32,913 bases of DNA from Thermoplasmata archaeon (GCA_050011075.1 JBEKJT010000002.1:1-32913); one strand, 5' to 3'. Numbered from the stretch's first letter, positions 25,872 through 32,913 are shown. Notes: generated by a model from the sequence alone, not told the origin. Made by a program: numbers and translations.

Positions 25872-25892
25872 GCGTTTAGCGGAACTGTAACG
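25872..25892 (+). repeat. left copy of 21-bp direct repeat GCGTTTAGCGGAACTGTAACG
   Basis: Checked base by base against 31321-31341. Lies 12 nt from the transposase stop codon. Confidence 0.95.
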
Positions 25893-25903
25893 TAATCGCG
25901 GCT

Positions 25904-27121
25904 TCACGACGCTCGCGATTCGGTCGTAACAACTCGCGGCTTGCTCGCCTTTTCGATGATTCGCTTCCACCGGAATCCGTCGCCGACCGGGATCCCGGCC
26001 GCTTCGCCCGGCGTCATGCCGAGTGCCTGGTGTTCCCGCACGAGGTTGTAGTGGACCCGGAGGCCTTCGGCAAGAGTGACGGTCCCGGGTTCGCCATCAA
26101 ATCCTCGCATGACCTTGAACCGTTCCTTCTCGGTGCCATGAAATCGCTCGACTCGGTTGTTGGAATCCTTGGCCCGGATGCTGGGGACCCTTCGATGGGG
26201 GTTGAACCGTCCGCCACGGACGAATCTCGGGTCATCCGATGGAGTGGCCTTCCGTCCGAGTTCCTTTCCAACCGCGGCCGGGTAGGCCTGCATCCCGTCC
26301 GTGAGTACGTCCACAGGACGGTCGGGAGTGACCGCCTTCGCCTTTCGAATCGGGGCGCGGGTGTTGGCGAGACCCCGGTCCTCGCTGACGTGCGTGGCGA
26401 GCAGGAACCGGGTCTCGTGGTCGAGTACGTTCCAAAGGTACTCGTTCTTCCCGTTGACATTCACGACCGTCTCGTCGATGTGCCAGCGGTCGGAGGTCCG
26501 CGCTCCTTGCGCGTCCATCCATTCGGCGGCGAGCTTCGAGTAGTGGACGATCCATCGGAAGACCGTCATGTGCGATACGCGGAGCCGCTCGACCTGTTCC
26601 AGATGCTCTCTGACCTTTCGGACGCTCATGCCTCGGAAATAGAGATCGAGCGCACGAGCGATGTTGGTCGGGTCAACGCGGCGCTTGGCGAAGCCTTCGC
26701 AACCAACGAAGCGCCTACCACACGACTTACAGACATAGGTCTGGACATCGCCGCTTTTGTTGTGACGCATCCCCCGGCTCGCCACTTGTTTGGAATGGCA
26801 CTTATCGCATCGGACACTGAGCTCGGCCACGACAGGGGCGGACTCGTCGAAGCCGATCTTGTAACGGACGGCGAGAATGTGAACGCACGACATCGATGTC
26901 GCGACAAAGAAGCGGCAGTCGCAGGACCAGCTCGCGCCCGACTCCACGACATGGTGGAACATGCCCGGTGCGCTCTGCGAACAGACGGCAAATCTCCCTG
27001 GCTCGGGGGCGGTGATCTGGTCCCCACGTGCAACAATGGCGAGAGCCGGAGTGCGCTGGTCCGCCCAGGCGTGTGCCTTCCACCACTCGGCCCCGGGTGT
27101 CGGTTCCGCGACATCGGTCAT
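25904..27121 (-). CDS. IS6-family (IS240/IS26-like) DDE transposase with N-terminal SWIM zinc finger and zinc ribbon
   Basis: ATG 27121 within ORF 25904..27478, with GGAGGG 8 nt upstream. DDE motifs WHIDETVVNVNGKNEYLW, VLTDGMQAY and SNNRVERFHGTEKERFKVMRGF. SWIM CDCRFFVATSMSCVH. Ribbon CDKC...(21)...CKSC. Confidence 0.85.
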   Translation of the reverse strand: MTDVAEPTPGAEWWKAHAWADQRTPALAIVARGDQITAPEPGRFAVCSQSAPGMFHHVVESGASWSCDCRFFVATSMSCVHILAVRYKIGFDESAPVVAELSVRCDKCHSKQVASRGMRHNKSGDVQTYVCKSCGRRFVGCEGFAKRRVDPTNIARALDLYFRGMSVRKVREHLEQVERLRVSHMTVFRWIVHYSKLAAEWMDAQGARTSDRWHIDETVVNVNGKNEYLWNVLDHETRFLLATHVSEDRGLANTRAPIRKAKAVTPDRPVDVLTDGMQAYPAAVGKELGRKATPSDDPRFVRGGRFNPHRRVPSIRAKDSNNRVERFHGTEKERFKVMRGFDGEPGTVTLAEGLRVHYNLVREHQALGMTPGEAAGIPVGDGFRWKRIIEKASKPRVVTTESRAS

Positions 27122-27140
27122 GTTCTGTGCCCTCCAAGTA

Positions 27141-27158
27141 TAGGCTATGTATAGCCTA
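27141..27158. promoter_or_regulatory. perfect 8-2-8 palindrome TAGGCTAT-GT-ATAGCCTA between the transposase TATA box and its SD (operator-like)
   Basis: Read directly. It lies 20-37 nt upstream of the transposase ATG, in the divergent region shared with the AbrB-like gene. Confidence 0.4.
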
Positions 27159-27173
27159 CATCGCCGAACGTAC

Positions 27174-27179
27174 TTATAC
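27174..27179 (-). promoter_or_regulatory. TATA box (TATAAG on minus strand) for the transposase
   Basis: ~55 nt upstream of ATG 27121. The predicted transcription start falls inside the 27141-27158 palindrome. Confidence 0.35.
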
Positions 27180-27254
27180 GTATCGGCTAATTTCATGCCT
27201 ATCTCGAGGCTACAGTTATCGGCTCGGCCATCGATAAACATCAGGGGAGTACTT

Positions 27255-27458
27255 ATGCCCGGAACCTTTCGCTCGGCGGTGCTCTTAGTGAACGACGCGT
27301 CCGATTCAGTTCGGACTACGATTCCCGGGGGCGTAGCGGAGATTCTCGGAGCGGTTCCGGGGTCAACCCTCGTATGGTCAGTCGATCTCAAAGGCGGCCT
27401 AGTGACCGTTTCGGTCGAACCCAATCCGCGAAGACGTAACGAGTCAGCCCGGACTTGA
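27255..27458 (+). CDS. AbrB/SpoVT/MazE-family DNA-binding protein (67 aa)
   Basis: Internal ATG of ORF 27147..27458, with GGGGAG 7 nt upstream. SVRTTIPGGVAEILGAVPGSTLVWSVD fits the swapped-hairpin AbrB motif. Confidence 0.6.
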   Translation: MPGTFRSAVLLVNDASDSVRTTIPGGVAEILGAVPGSTLVWSVDLKGGLVTVSVEPNPRRRNESART

Positions 27459-27759
27459 AAGGGACTCGATACAACCAACCGCCACCGGCTTGACCGTCAT
27501 TACCATCACGCAGCGCCGTTCGTGTCGCCATCCTTCTGGACTCTGGAAGAGAGCTTAGACTGTCGGGGGAGAGTCGCAAGTGAGATACCCGTGCGTGGCT
27601 TCTCCTCTACGAATGAGACGCAATCGCGTCGAATCGCTCGATGTAGAGGCTTTGCCGGTTTCCGGGAATCGGCGGGCGACCCTACGACCGAGGCGCGTCC
27701 AAGTGCCGCTCAGCTGCGGTGCGACGCTGGGTGGGGTGCGTACATGATTTTCCCGGAAG

Positions 27760-28065
27760 ATGACCCACGAATTGACTCGGATTAGTAAGAAGGCCGGGAC
27801 CCTCGATGTACTTGTCTCGCTCTACACCGAGGGAGAGCTCGGGATGTCGGGTTTATACCGGATGATTCACTTAGATCGTGGTACGATCTCCAGTGCCGTC
27901 GTACTGCTGAAGAGCCTCAACCTCGTAACGCTTCGGAAAGGGGAATTATTCCCCTACGCGCAGACGGTAGCACTCACCGCGCTTGGCCGAAGACTGATTC
28001 GTAGACCAGTGTTTGAATGGCCATCGATCCTATTCGAGAATGAGGTCGGAGGCACCCGACCGTAG
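27760..28065 (+). CDS. small winged-helix DNA-binding protein (101 aa)
   Basis: ORF 27760..28065. LDVLVSLYTEGELGMSGLYRMIHLDRGTISSAVVLLKSLNLVTL has an ArsR/MarR-like helix-turn-helix-wing pattern. Confidence 0.5.
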   Translation: MTHELTRISKKAGTLDVLVSLYTEGELGMSGLYRMIHLDRGTISSAVVLLKSLNLVTLRKGELFPYAQTVALTALGRRLIRRPVFEWPSILFENEVGGTRP

Positions 28066-28322
28066 TCGTCTACATCGCACGAGCGAAGACATACTTCGGG
28101 TCAGGACCTAGCAACATTGTCTGGGTCAAAGCCACCAAGAAAGTTCCGGTGCCGACTGCTCGAGAGGTCGCCGCGTTGGTTGCCCCACTTGCTGAACGTC
28201 TCTCCGCCATTCTGCGATATCGCGCCGGCGGTTCGTCTGTCACTTCGACTAATCGATTGATAATCAGTTGAAGGGGTTATGAGGGCGGCTTTACACCGTC
28301 CGACCGATCGATTCGTTCATCC

Positions 28323-28844
28323 CTAACTTACCGTAGCTGTTAGGAACCCGTCGTACGTTCCCGAGGTTACGGGTACGCTCATACAGAACGGGCTGATGGG
28401 GTTGGTCGTGTTGGTGTCCGAGTTCAGGTTGTTGCAGGCGAAGGGATTACCTAGTGTGCCGGCTCCCTTTTCGCCATAGAACGCGTCACCCGAAACGGTC
28501 CACTTAGAGAACGAGTAGCCTTGAGCCGAGGTGTCGGTGGTCGTGTAGGTACACAACGTCTGATCGCAGGAGTCAACTTCTACGGACGCTTGGTCGTTGC
28601 AGACGGTCGATCCTGCAACCACAATCTTGGAGTTTGTGCAGCTGTAGGTTATGTAATCTCCAGCTAGCATTGCAGTGCGGAATGTCGCACCGCCCTGCGA
28701 TGCCGTGTGCGCAACCCCGATTGCTGCCATTCCCATCACCGTCACTGCCAAGAGAATCAGCACGAAAGTGCCAATCCCTCTGTTCAATCCCCCTACTCTA
28801 GTCGCTTTCGCTCTTGCATCTACCCAGGCACGACAACCTCTCAT
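28323..28844 (-). CDS. Cys-rich secreted protein with class III (pilin-like) signal peptide
   Basis: ATG 28844 within ORF 28323..29264. LNRG-IGTFVLILLAVTVMGMAAIGV is followed by a 130-aa Thr/Ser-rich domain with 8 Cys. The upstream part of the track ORF overlaps the permease gene. Confidence 0.5.
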   Translation of the reverse strand: MRGCRAWVDARAKATRVGGLNRGIGTFVLILLAVTVMGMAAIGVAHTASQGGATFRTAMLAGDYITYSCTNSKIVVAGSTVCNDQASVEVDSCDQTLCTYTTTDTSAQGYSFSKWTVSGDAFYGEKGAGTLGNPFACNNLNSDTNTTNPISPFCMSVPVTSGTYDGFLTATVS

Positions 28845-28968
28845 GGCCCCTCCAAGAGAAATCTTCGTTGTGGTTCTTAACCACTCGGCGGAAACATCCT
28901 TGCCGACAATCCCACCATCGTGTTTTCCGCGCGCGAAAAGTGCCGCAACGATGTATCTCGCTCGTCCG

Positions 28969-29967
28969 TCATCGCTCAAAGCGTTGTCGGCGCGCAAGGC
29001 CATCGCAGACCAGCGCGATGGCAAATCCAAGGACGACCATCGCGAGGAGTGGAAACATGTACATCCACCAATAGTCGAAGATGCCGGGTAAACCGAACCC
29101 TTCGCACGCTCCGAATCCCAACAGGTACCCCCACTCGGGGAACGAAGCCGACGGAAGCGGCGAGGCAAATCCGAGGACGGGCGTTGTGTAGTAACCCCCG
29201 ACCGCTCTCCCGCAGCTGGAAACCCAGGGATAGATGGACAAGAAGAAGAAAATCGGCGCCACATCGATTGGTATCTGCGCGAAAACCGGGCCCATGGAGT
29301 TGGGCAAGATGTGCCTAGTCAAGATCTGTTGCGAGTTCGCTCCTGCGGCTCGCGCCGCTTCCACATACCGTTCATGGCTGATGAACCGAGCCCTCTCCCG
29401 GACCGCGCGACCCATCGTGGGCCAGAGGAGGAGTCCGAACACGACGACAAAGGTGGGAAGGCTCACCGCACCCGGAATGGCACCGATTCCGGCGAACACC
29501 ACCGGGACAATGATGTACGATGGCACCGAGCCGATCGAGTCCCCGACGAACACAACTACTCCATCGACGAGACCCCCCTCGTGAAGGCCGGCGCTTGCTC
29601 CGAGGAAGAGCGCAAGGAGAGTGTCGATTGCCAGAATGCTCGCGACGATAGCGAGGTCCCACGGGGTGGCCCTCCAGACGGCGTGGAACAAAACCGTACC
29701 AAACCCCGGCAACACTCCGAACGGGTGGACCAGCGATGGTCCGATTGGAGAGAAGGGAGCAACCCATGCCGGATTCGTTGGCAGGGTGGTGAGCGACTTA
29801 CGAAAGACAACAAGCGCGCTGCCCGCAGCAACGAGGTACATCCCCAGGAGCCCTGCCCCGACCCAAAATGCGATGCCGAGAGGCCTTCGTGCCAAACGGG
29901 CTCGAAGAGTGGGCCGGAATCTACGGATTCGTTCCCTTGCAGCAGGAACGTCAGAGACACTGCTCAT
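28969..29967 (-). CDS. ABC transporter permease, DppC/OppC-like
   Basis: 332 aa, multi-TM, with the EAA-type loop YVEAARAAGANSQQILTRHILPN. The ATG overlaps the upstream permease stop (ATGA). Confidence 0.85.
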   Translation of the reverse strand: MSSVSDVPAARERIRRFRPTLRARLARRPLGIAFWVGAGLLGMYLVAAGSALVVFRKSLTTLPTNPAWVAPFSPIGPSLVHPFGVLPGFGTVLFHAVWRATPWDLAIVASILAIDTLLALFLGASAGLHEGGLVDGVVVFVGDSIGSVPSYIIVPVVFAGIGAIPGAVSLPTFVVVFGLLLWPTMGRAVRERARFISHERYVEAARAAGANSQQILTRHILPNSMGPVFAQIPIDVAPIFFFLSIYPWVSSCGRAVGGYYTTPVLGFASPLPSASFPEWGYLLGFGACEGFGLPGIFDYWWMYMFPLLAMVVLGFAIALVCDGLARRQRFER

Positions 29968-31148
29968 CGAGCTGCCGCTCCTCGGGGGTCGAGCCGAATC
30001 GCGATGAGGTCGACTATGAAGGTCCAGACCAGGACTACGACGGCGACTAGGAAGACGATGGCTTCAACCATCGGAAGGTTGCCCAAGTTGCGGAAGTAGA
30101 GGACCCCGAAGCCGCTCTGATCGAGGAAGGCGGCTTCGACTGCGAAGAGGATTCCGAGAAACTCTGGAATCGTGAGCGCGAAGATGAGGAAAAACGAAGG
30201 GGTTAGGCGCTTCGCCGCGTGCCGCCACAGCAACGTCCGCTCAGAGATCCCGCGCGACCGGGCCCCGACGATGTACGGTTCTTCCCGAACCGATCGCACC
30301 ACGCTCGACGCATGGCGGAAAAAGATTGCGACGTAGGCGACCGCAACTATCAACGCCTGGATGAGCGTCTTGACCAGCACGATCTCGCCGATCGCCCACG
30401 CGTGATGGATCGCGACGTCAATCAACGGGAACCCAGTGGGCTGGGTGACCGCTTGTCCGACGATCCAATTCGGGTATCCGCCGTGGAGGACAAACCAACC
30501 AATTGATGGCAAAAGGCCGAGCGTGGGAATATCTCCGTCGAAGATGTGCTCGAAGGGAAAGAAGAGGGCATTCGCGACCCAGATCCCCACGACAAACACG
30601 GGGAGCAAAGCTCCTAGTAGGGTGAGATAGCGTGCGGGCGCGTCCGATCCGGGCCGGCGACTCCATCCCGCCATGAGGCTGACTGGATAAGCCAGTCCGG
30701 CCGCCATCGGCAGGGCGAAGAGTGAAACTTGGATGGAAGGGGGGACGTACGCCGCAAAATACTGAGCCCATGAGGTATAGATTTCAAACCTCGGCCCGTA
30801 AACTGGGCTCGACCAGTTGCCGGCGAAATTGTTGAGCACGAAGTAGTAGAAACCCTCCGTGAACCCGCGGAAGTAACCGAGAGTACCTCCAGTCGCCCCG
30901 TGCTCGTAAGCGGCGGGAAGGTTGAGTACCGCGTAGAGAATGAACAGAATGAAAACGAGCTGAACTGGAATCAGCGACGCCCGTCTTATCGCGAAGACCC
31001 AGAACGCCGAACGCCGACTCCACCAACCCTTCTGAATAGGCCAAGGGCCCGTACCCGCCATCCATCGGAGTACTCCCGTGCCGGGAACTCTTCCAGGTCG
31101 GCTCCCGGGAGGGGGGGCGGACTGCCGGACGGGAACCTCGGCGCCCAT
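29964..31148 (-). CDS. ABC transporter permease, DppB/OppB-like
   Basis: Multi-TM with the loop EPYIVGARSRGISERTLLWRHAAK. ATG at 31148, with an in-frame alternative at 31061. Confidence 0.8.
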   Translation of the reverse strand: MGAEVPVRQSAPPPGSRPGRVPGTGVLRWMAGTGPWPIQKGWWSRRSAFWVFAIRRASLIPVQLVFILFILYAVLNLPAAYEHGATGGTLGYFRGFTEGFYYFVLNNFAGNWSSPVYGPRFEIYTSWAQYFAAYVPPSIQVSLFALPMAAGLAYPVSLMAGWSRRPGSDAPARYLTLLGALLPVFVVGIWVANALFFPFEHIFDGDIPTLGLLPSIGWFVLHGGYPNWIVGQAVTQPTGFPLIDVAIHHAWAIGEIVLVKTLIQALIVAVAYVAIFFRHASSVVRSVREEPYIVGARSRGISERTLLWRHAAKRLTPSFFLIFALTIPEFLGILFAVEAAFLDQSGFGVLYFRNLGNLPMVEAIVFLVAVVVLVWTFIVDLIAIRLDPRGAAAR

Positions 31149-31309
31149 CGAAGGAGGAAAATCCTGGGGTCGGACGCCCCGCTCGGGATCTTCTTTGAAC
31201 CCCCCTAAGGAACAGGAGGTTACATCAGCATATGGCCGCAGAGGAACCTGTTCTTTCCTGAGCCGCGGCCCGTTACACTTGCCTTCGAGTCGGCGAAGAG
31301 CCCCGAAAA

Positions 31310-31340
31310 GTTACAGAACCGCGTTTAGCGGAACTGTAAC
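31310..31340. repeat. 12-7-12 imperfect palindrome (GTTACAGAACCG-CGTTTAG-CGGAACTGTAAC)
   Basis: The arms are complementary at 10/12 positions (central AA/AA mismatch). The right arm and spacer belong to the 21-bp repeat. Confidence 0.8.
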
Positions 31341-31341
31341 G
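31321..31341 (+). repeat. right copy of 21-bp direct repeat GCGTTTAGCGGAACTGTAACG
   Basis: Identical to 25872-25892. The next 20 nt still match the left copy at 13/20 positions. Confidence 0.95.
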
Positions 31342-31443
31342 GTATCGTGACCTCATGACCCCGTGGTCTTCGTTGTTCCACATGGGGACCGGCTCGAACG
31401 GTGACGAAGTGTTCTTGGGGTGGGGCCGGGTCGGGAGAATGCG

Positions 31444-32109
31444 ATGAAAGTCCTCCTGTTCGGCGCCTCGGGGATGGTGGGGCGGGGGGTTCTCCGGGAG
31501 TGCCTGCTCGACCCCGGGGTGGAGTCCGTCCTTTCGGTGGGAAGGAGCGCTACCGGGCAGCGGTCGGAGAAGCTCGAGGAGGTCGTCCTGTCGGACCTCG
31601 CGAACCTCACACCGATTGAGGACCGTCTGCGGGGGCACGATGCCTGCTTCTTCTGCCTCGGCGTCTCCTCCGCCGGGATGTCCGAGGCGGACTACCGGCG
31701 CACGACGTTCGACCTCACGGTGGCAGTGGCTCAGACACTGTCCCGGCTGAACCCGGCCCTGACGTTCGCATACATCTCGGGGGCCGGAACGGACAGTTCC
31801 GAGCACGGTCGAACCATGTGGGCCCGGGTGAAGGGGCAGACCGAGAACGCGCTCTTGCGGCTCCCGTTCCAAGGGGCCTACATGTTCCGCCCCGGGATCA
31901 TCCAGCCACTGCACGGGATCAAGTCCAAGACCCGGGGGTACCGGATCGGATACGTGGTGATGGGACCATTCCTTCCGCTGGTCAAGGCGCTCTTCCCGAA
32001 CGCGATCACCACGACCGAGCGGGTCGGGCGAGCCATGATCCGGGTGGCGAGGGAAGGAGCGCCGACGCCCCTTCTGGGGACTCGAGAGATCAATCGCCTC
32101 GGAACGTAG
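31444..32109 (+). CDS. NAD(P)-binding atypical SDR / NmrA-like protein
   Basis: ATG 31444 with GGGAG upstream. MKVLLFGASGMVGRGVL is a Rossmann motif. 221 aa. Confidence 0.8.
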   Translation: MKVLLFGASGMVGRGVLRECLLDPGVESVLSVGRSATGQRSEKLEEVVLSDLANLTPIEDRLRGHDACFFCLGVSSAGMSEADYRRTTFDLTVAVAQTLSRLNPALTFAYISGAGTDSSEHGRTMWARVKGQTENALLRLPFQGAYMFRPGIIQPLHGIKSKTRGYRIGYVVMGPFLPLVKALFPNAITTTERVGRAMIRVAREGAPTPLLGTREINRLGT

Positions 32110-32111
32110 CT

Positions 32112-32156
32112 ATCCGGTCCGGAATCGGGTCGGTTAGGTTCATCTCGGGACCGGAT
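32112..32156 (+). terminator. 9-bp perfect inverted repeat (ATCCGGTCC ... GGACCGGAT) followed by TTTCT, just after the SDR-like stop
   Basis: Read directly (32112-32120 and 32148-32156). It could be a terminator or an operator for the downstream MBL gene. Confidence 0.25.
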
Positions 32157-32184
32157 TTCTCGCATCGAACCGGGGGCTCGTACC

Positions 32185-32913
32185 ATGAAGTTCACCGTGC
32201 TGGGGAGCAGCGGTGCGTGGCCCGCCGCGGGACGGGCCTGCAGCGGTTACCTCCTCGAATCCGGAGGCACCCACCTCGTACTCGACCTGGGGTTCGGCGC
32301 GCTTCCGCGCCTCCTGGAACGCTGTCCCGCCGCGGACGTCGGGGCGGTCTTCGTAACGCATGCCCACGCGGACCACTGCGTGGACCTCTTCGGGCTCTAC
32401 CGGGCGCGTGCGCTGCCGAAGCCAGCGTTCCCGCCGTTACCGATCCACGCCCCTCCCGAGGTCTTACACCGTGTCGGAGCGCTGGACGGACCCGACGGGC
32501 CGAGCCGCCTCAGGCGGGAGTGCGACTTCCACCCGATCGGACCCGGTCAGACGGTCGAGGTCGGACCGTTCCGGGTCCGGACCTTCGCGCTGCCCCATTT
32601 CGTGCCCGACCTCGGCTTTCGCGTCGAGGTCGACGGGGTCGTGATCGCGTACACCGGCGACACCGGACCCTCTCCCCGATTGGTGGAACTCGCCCGCGGG
32701 GCGGACCTCTTCGTGTGCGAGGCCACGTACCAGGGAGCTCCGCCGGAGGGCGTCGAACGGTTCCTTCTCACCGCGAGCGAGGCCGGGCGATACGCGCGCG
32801 AAGCGGGCGTCGCGCGGCTGATGCTGACCCACTTCTGGCCCGAAGACGTTCGGACGGTTTCCCGGACCGAGGCCGCCCGCGAGTTCTCGGGCGAGGTTCT
32901 GCTCGCCGAGGAA
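32185..32913 (+). CDS. MBL-fold metallo-hydrolase (3' partial, runs off window)
   Basis: Not in the ORF track because it has no stop. My translation from ATG 32185 reads MKFTVLGSSGAWPAAGRACSGYLLE...VFVTHAHADHCVDL...AYTGDTGP...MLTHFWP and stays open to 32913. Confidence 0.8.
   Translation, partial: MKFTVLGSSGAWPAAGRACSGYLLESGGTHLVLDLGFGALPRLLERCPAADVGAVFVTHAHADHCVDLFGLYRARALPKPAFPPLPIHAPPEVLHRVGALDGPDGPSRLRRECDFHPIGPGQTVEVGPFRVRTFALPHFVPDLGFRVEVDGVVIAYTGDTGPSPRLVELARGADLFVCEATYQGAPPEGVERFLLTASEAGRYAREAGVARLMLTHFWPEDVRTVSRTEAAREFSGEVLLAEE

Larger units (their letters stand above)
25872..31341. mobile_element. ~5.4-kb lower-G+C inserted element bounded by a 21-bp direct repeat (IS6-type transposon-like or integrated element)
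   Basis: Perfect 21-nt direct repeats at both ends. G+C counted on single 60-nt lines is 50-62% inside versus 77% in a host line. Content is a transposase, small regulators and a truncated transporter. Host-like sequence resumes on both sides. Confidence 0.65.

Noticed and set aside
25872-25892. 21-bp repeat as the 3' part of a tRNA gene (the classical integration target)
   Set aside because: Neither copy nor its surroundings shows T-arm (GGTTCGAATCC-like) or acceptor-stem features, and I saw no cloverleaf candidate nearby.
26030-27154. 374-aa plus-strand ORF opposite the transposase
   Set aside because: Antisense to a gene with clear DDE, SWIM and zinc-ribbon motifs, and it shows no motif of its own.
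27388-27785. Track ORFs 27388..27579 (-) and 27522..27785 (+) in the island's non-coding gap
   Set aside because: They have no SD or TATA signal, odd composition and no recognisable fold motif, and one overlaps the wHTH start. They are treated as non-coding or decayed sequence (see finding 27255-28065).
1-32913. CRISPR arrays, rRNA, tRNA and tandem repeats
   Set aside because: Reading both strands, I found no regularly spaced short repeats and no rRNA- or tRNA-like sequence. This is a by-eye assessment only; tRNAscan-SE, Infernal or a CRISPR finder would be decisive.

Overview
Very G+C-rich, gene-dense chromosomal segment of an archaeon. Evidence for archaeal origin: archaeal RadA, FtsZ, type-2 MetAP, an RNase P Pop5-like subunit, pilin-type (class III) signal peptides, sequon-rich surface proteins, and TATA-like boxes centred about 26-33 nt upstream of many start codons, which implies leaderless mRNAs. 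Host genes in order: tsaC-map; a split metE pair; a rhodanese-MBL fusion; malic enzyme plus GNAT; a secreted glycoprotein; purC; radA; a wtpA-wtpB-wtpC-modE operon; divergent sodX/sodN (nickel SOD plus its maturation protease) followed by hutH; a zinc-ribbon protein; a degenerate receiver protein; a GlcD-like FAD oxidase; mutY with an intact Nudix box; a decayed RimJ-like GNAT pseudogene; purH; a pilin-like protein; pop5; ftsZ; an NAD(P)-binding protein; an MBL hydrolase (3' partial). The outstanding feature is a ~5.4-kb lower-G+C insertion (25872-31341) bounded by a perfect 21-bp direct repeat. It carries an IS6-family DDE transposase with an N-terminal SWIM zinc finger, AbrB-like and winged-helix regulators, a Cys-rich pilin-like protein, and an ABC permease pair with no binding protein or ATPase. 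Its right boundary is a 12-7-12 palindrome. I recognised no rRNA, tRNA or CRISPR array by eye. Most long track ORFs lying antisense to these genes are Arg/Pro/Gly-rich shadow ORFs typical of high-G+C DNA. Several start codons are uncertain and alternatives are given.
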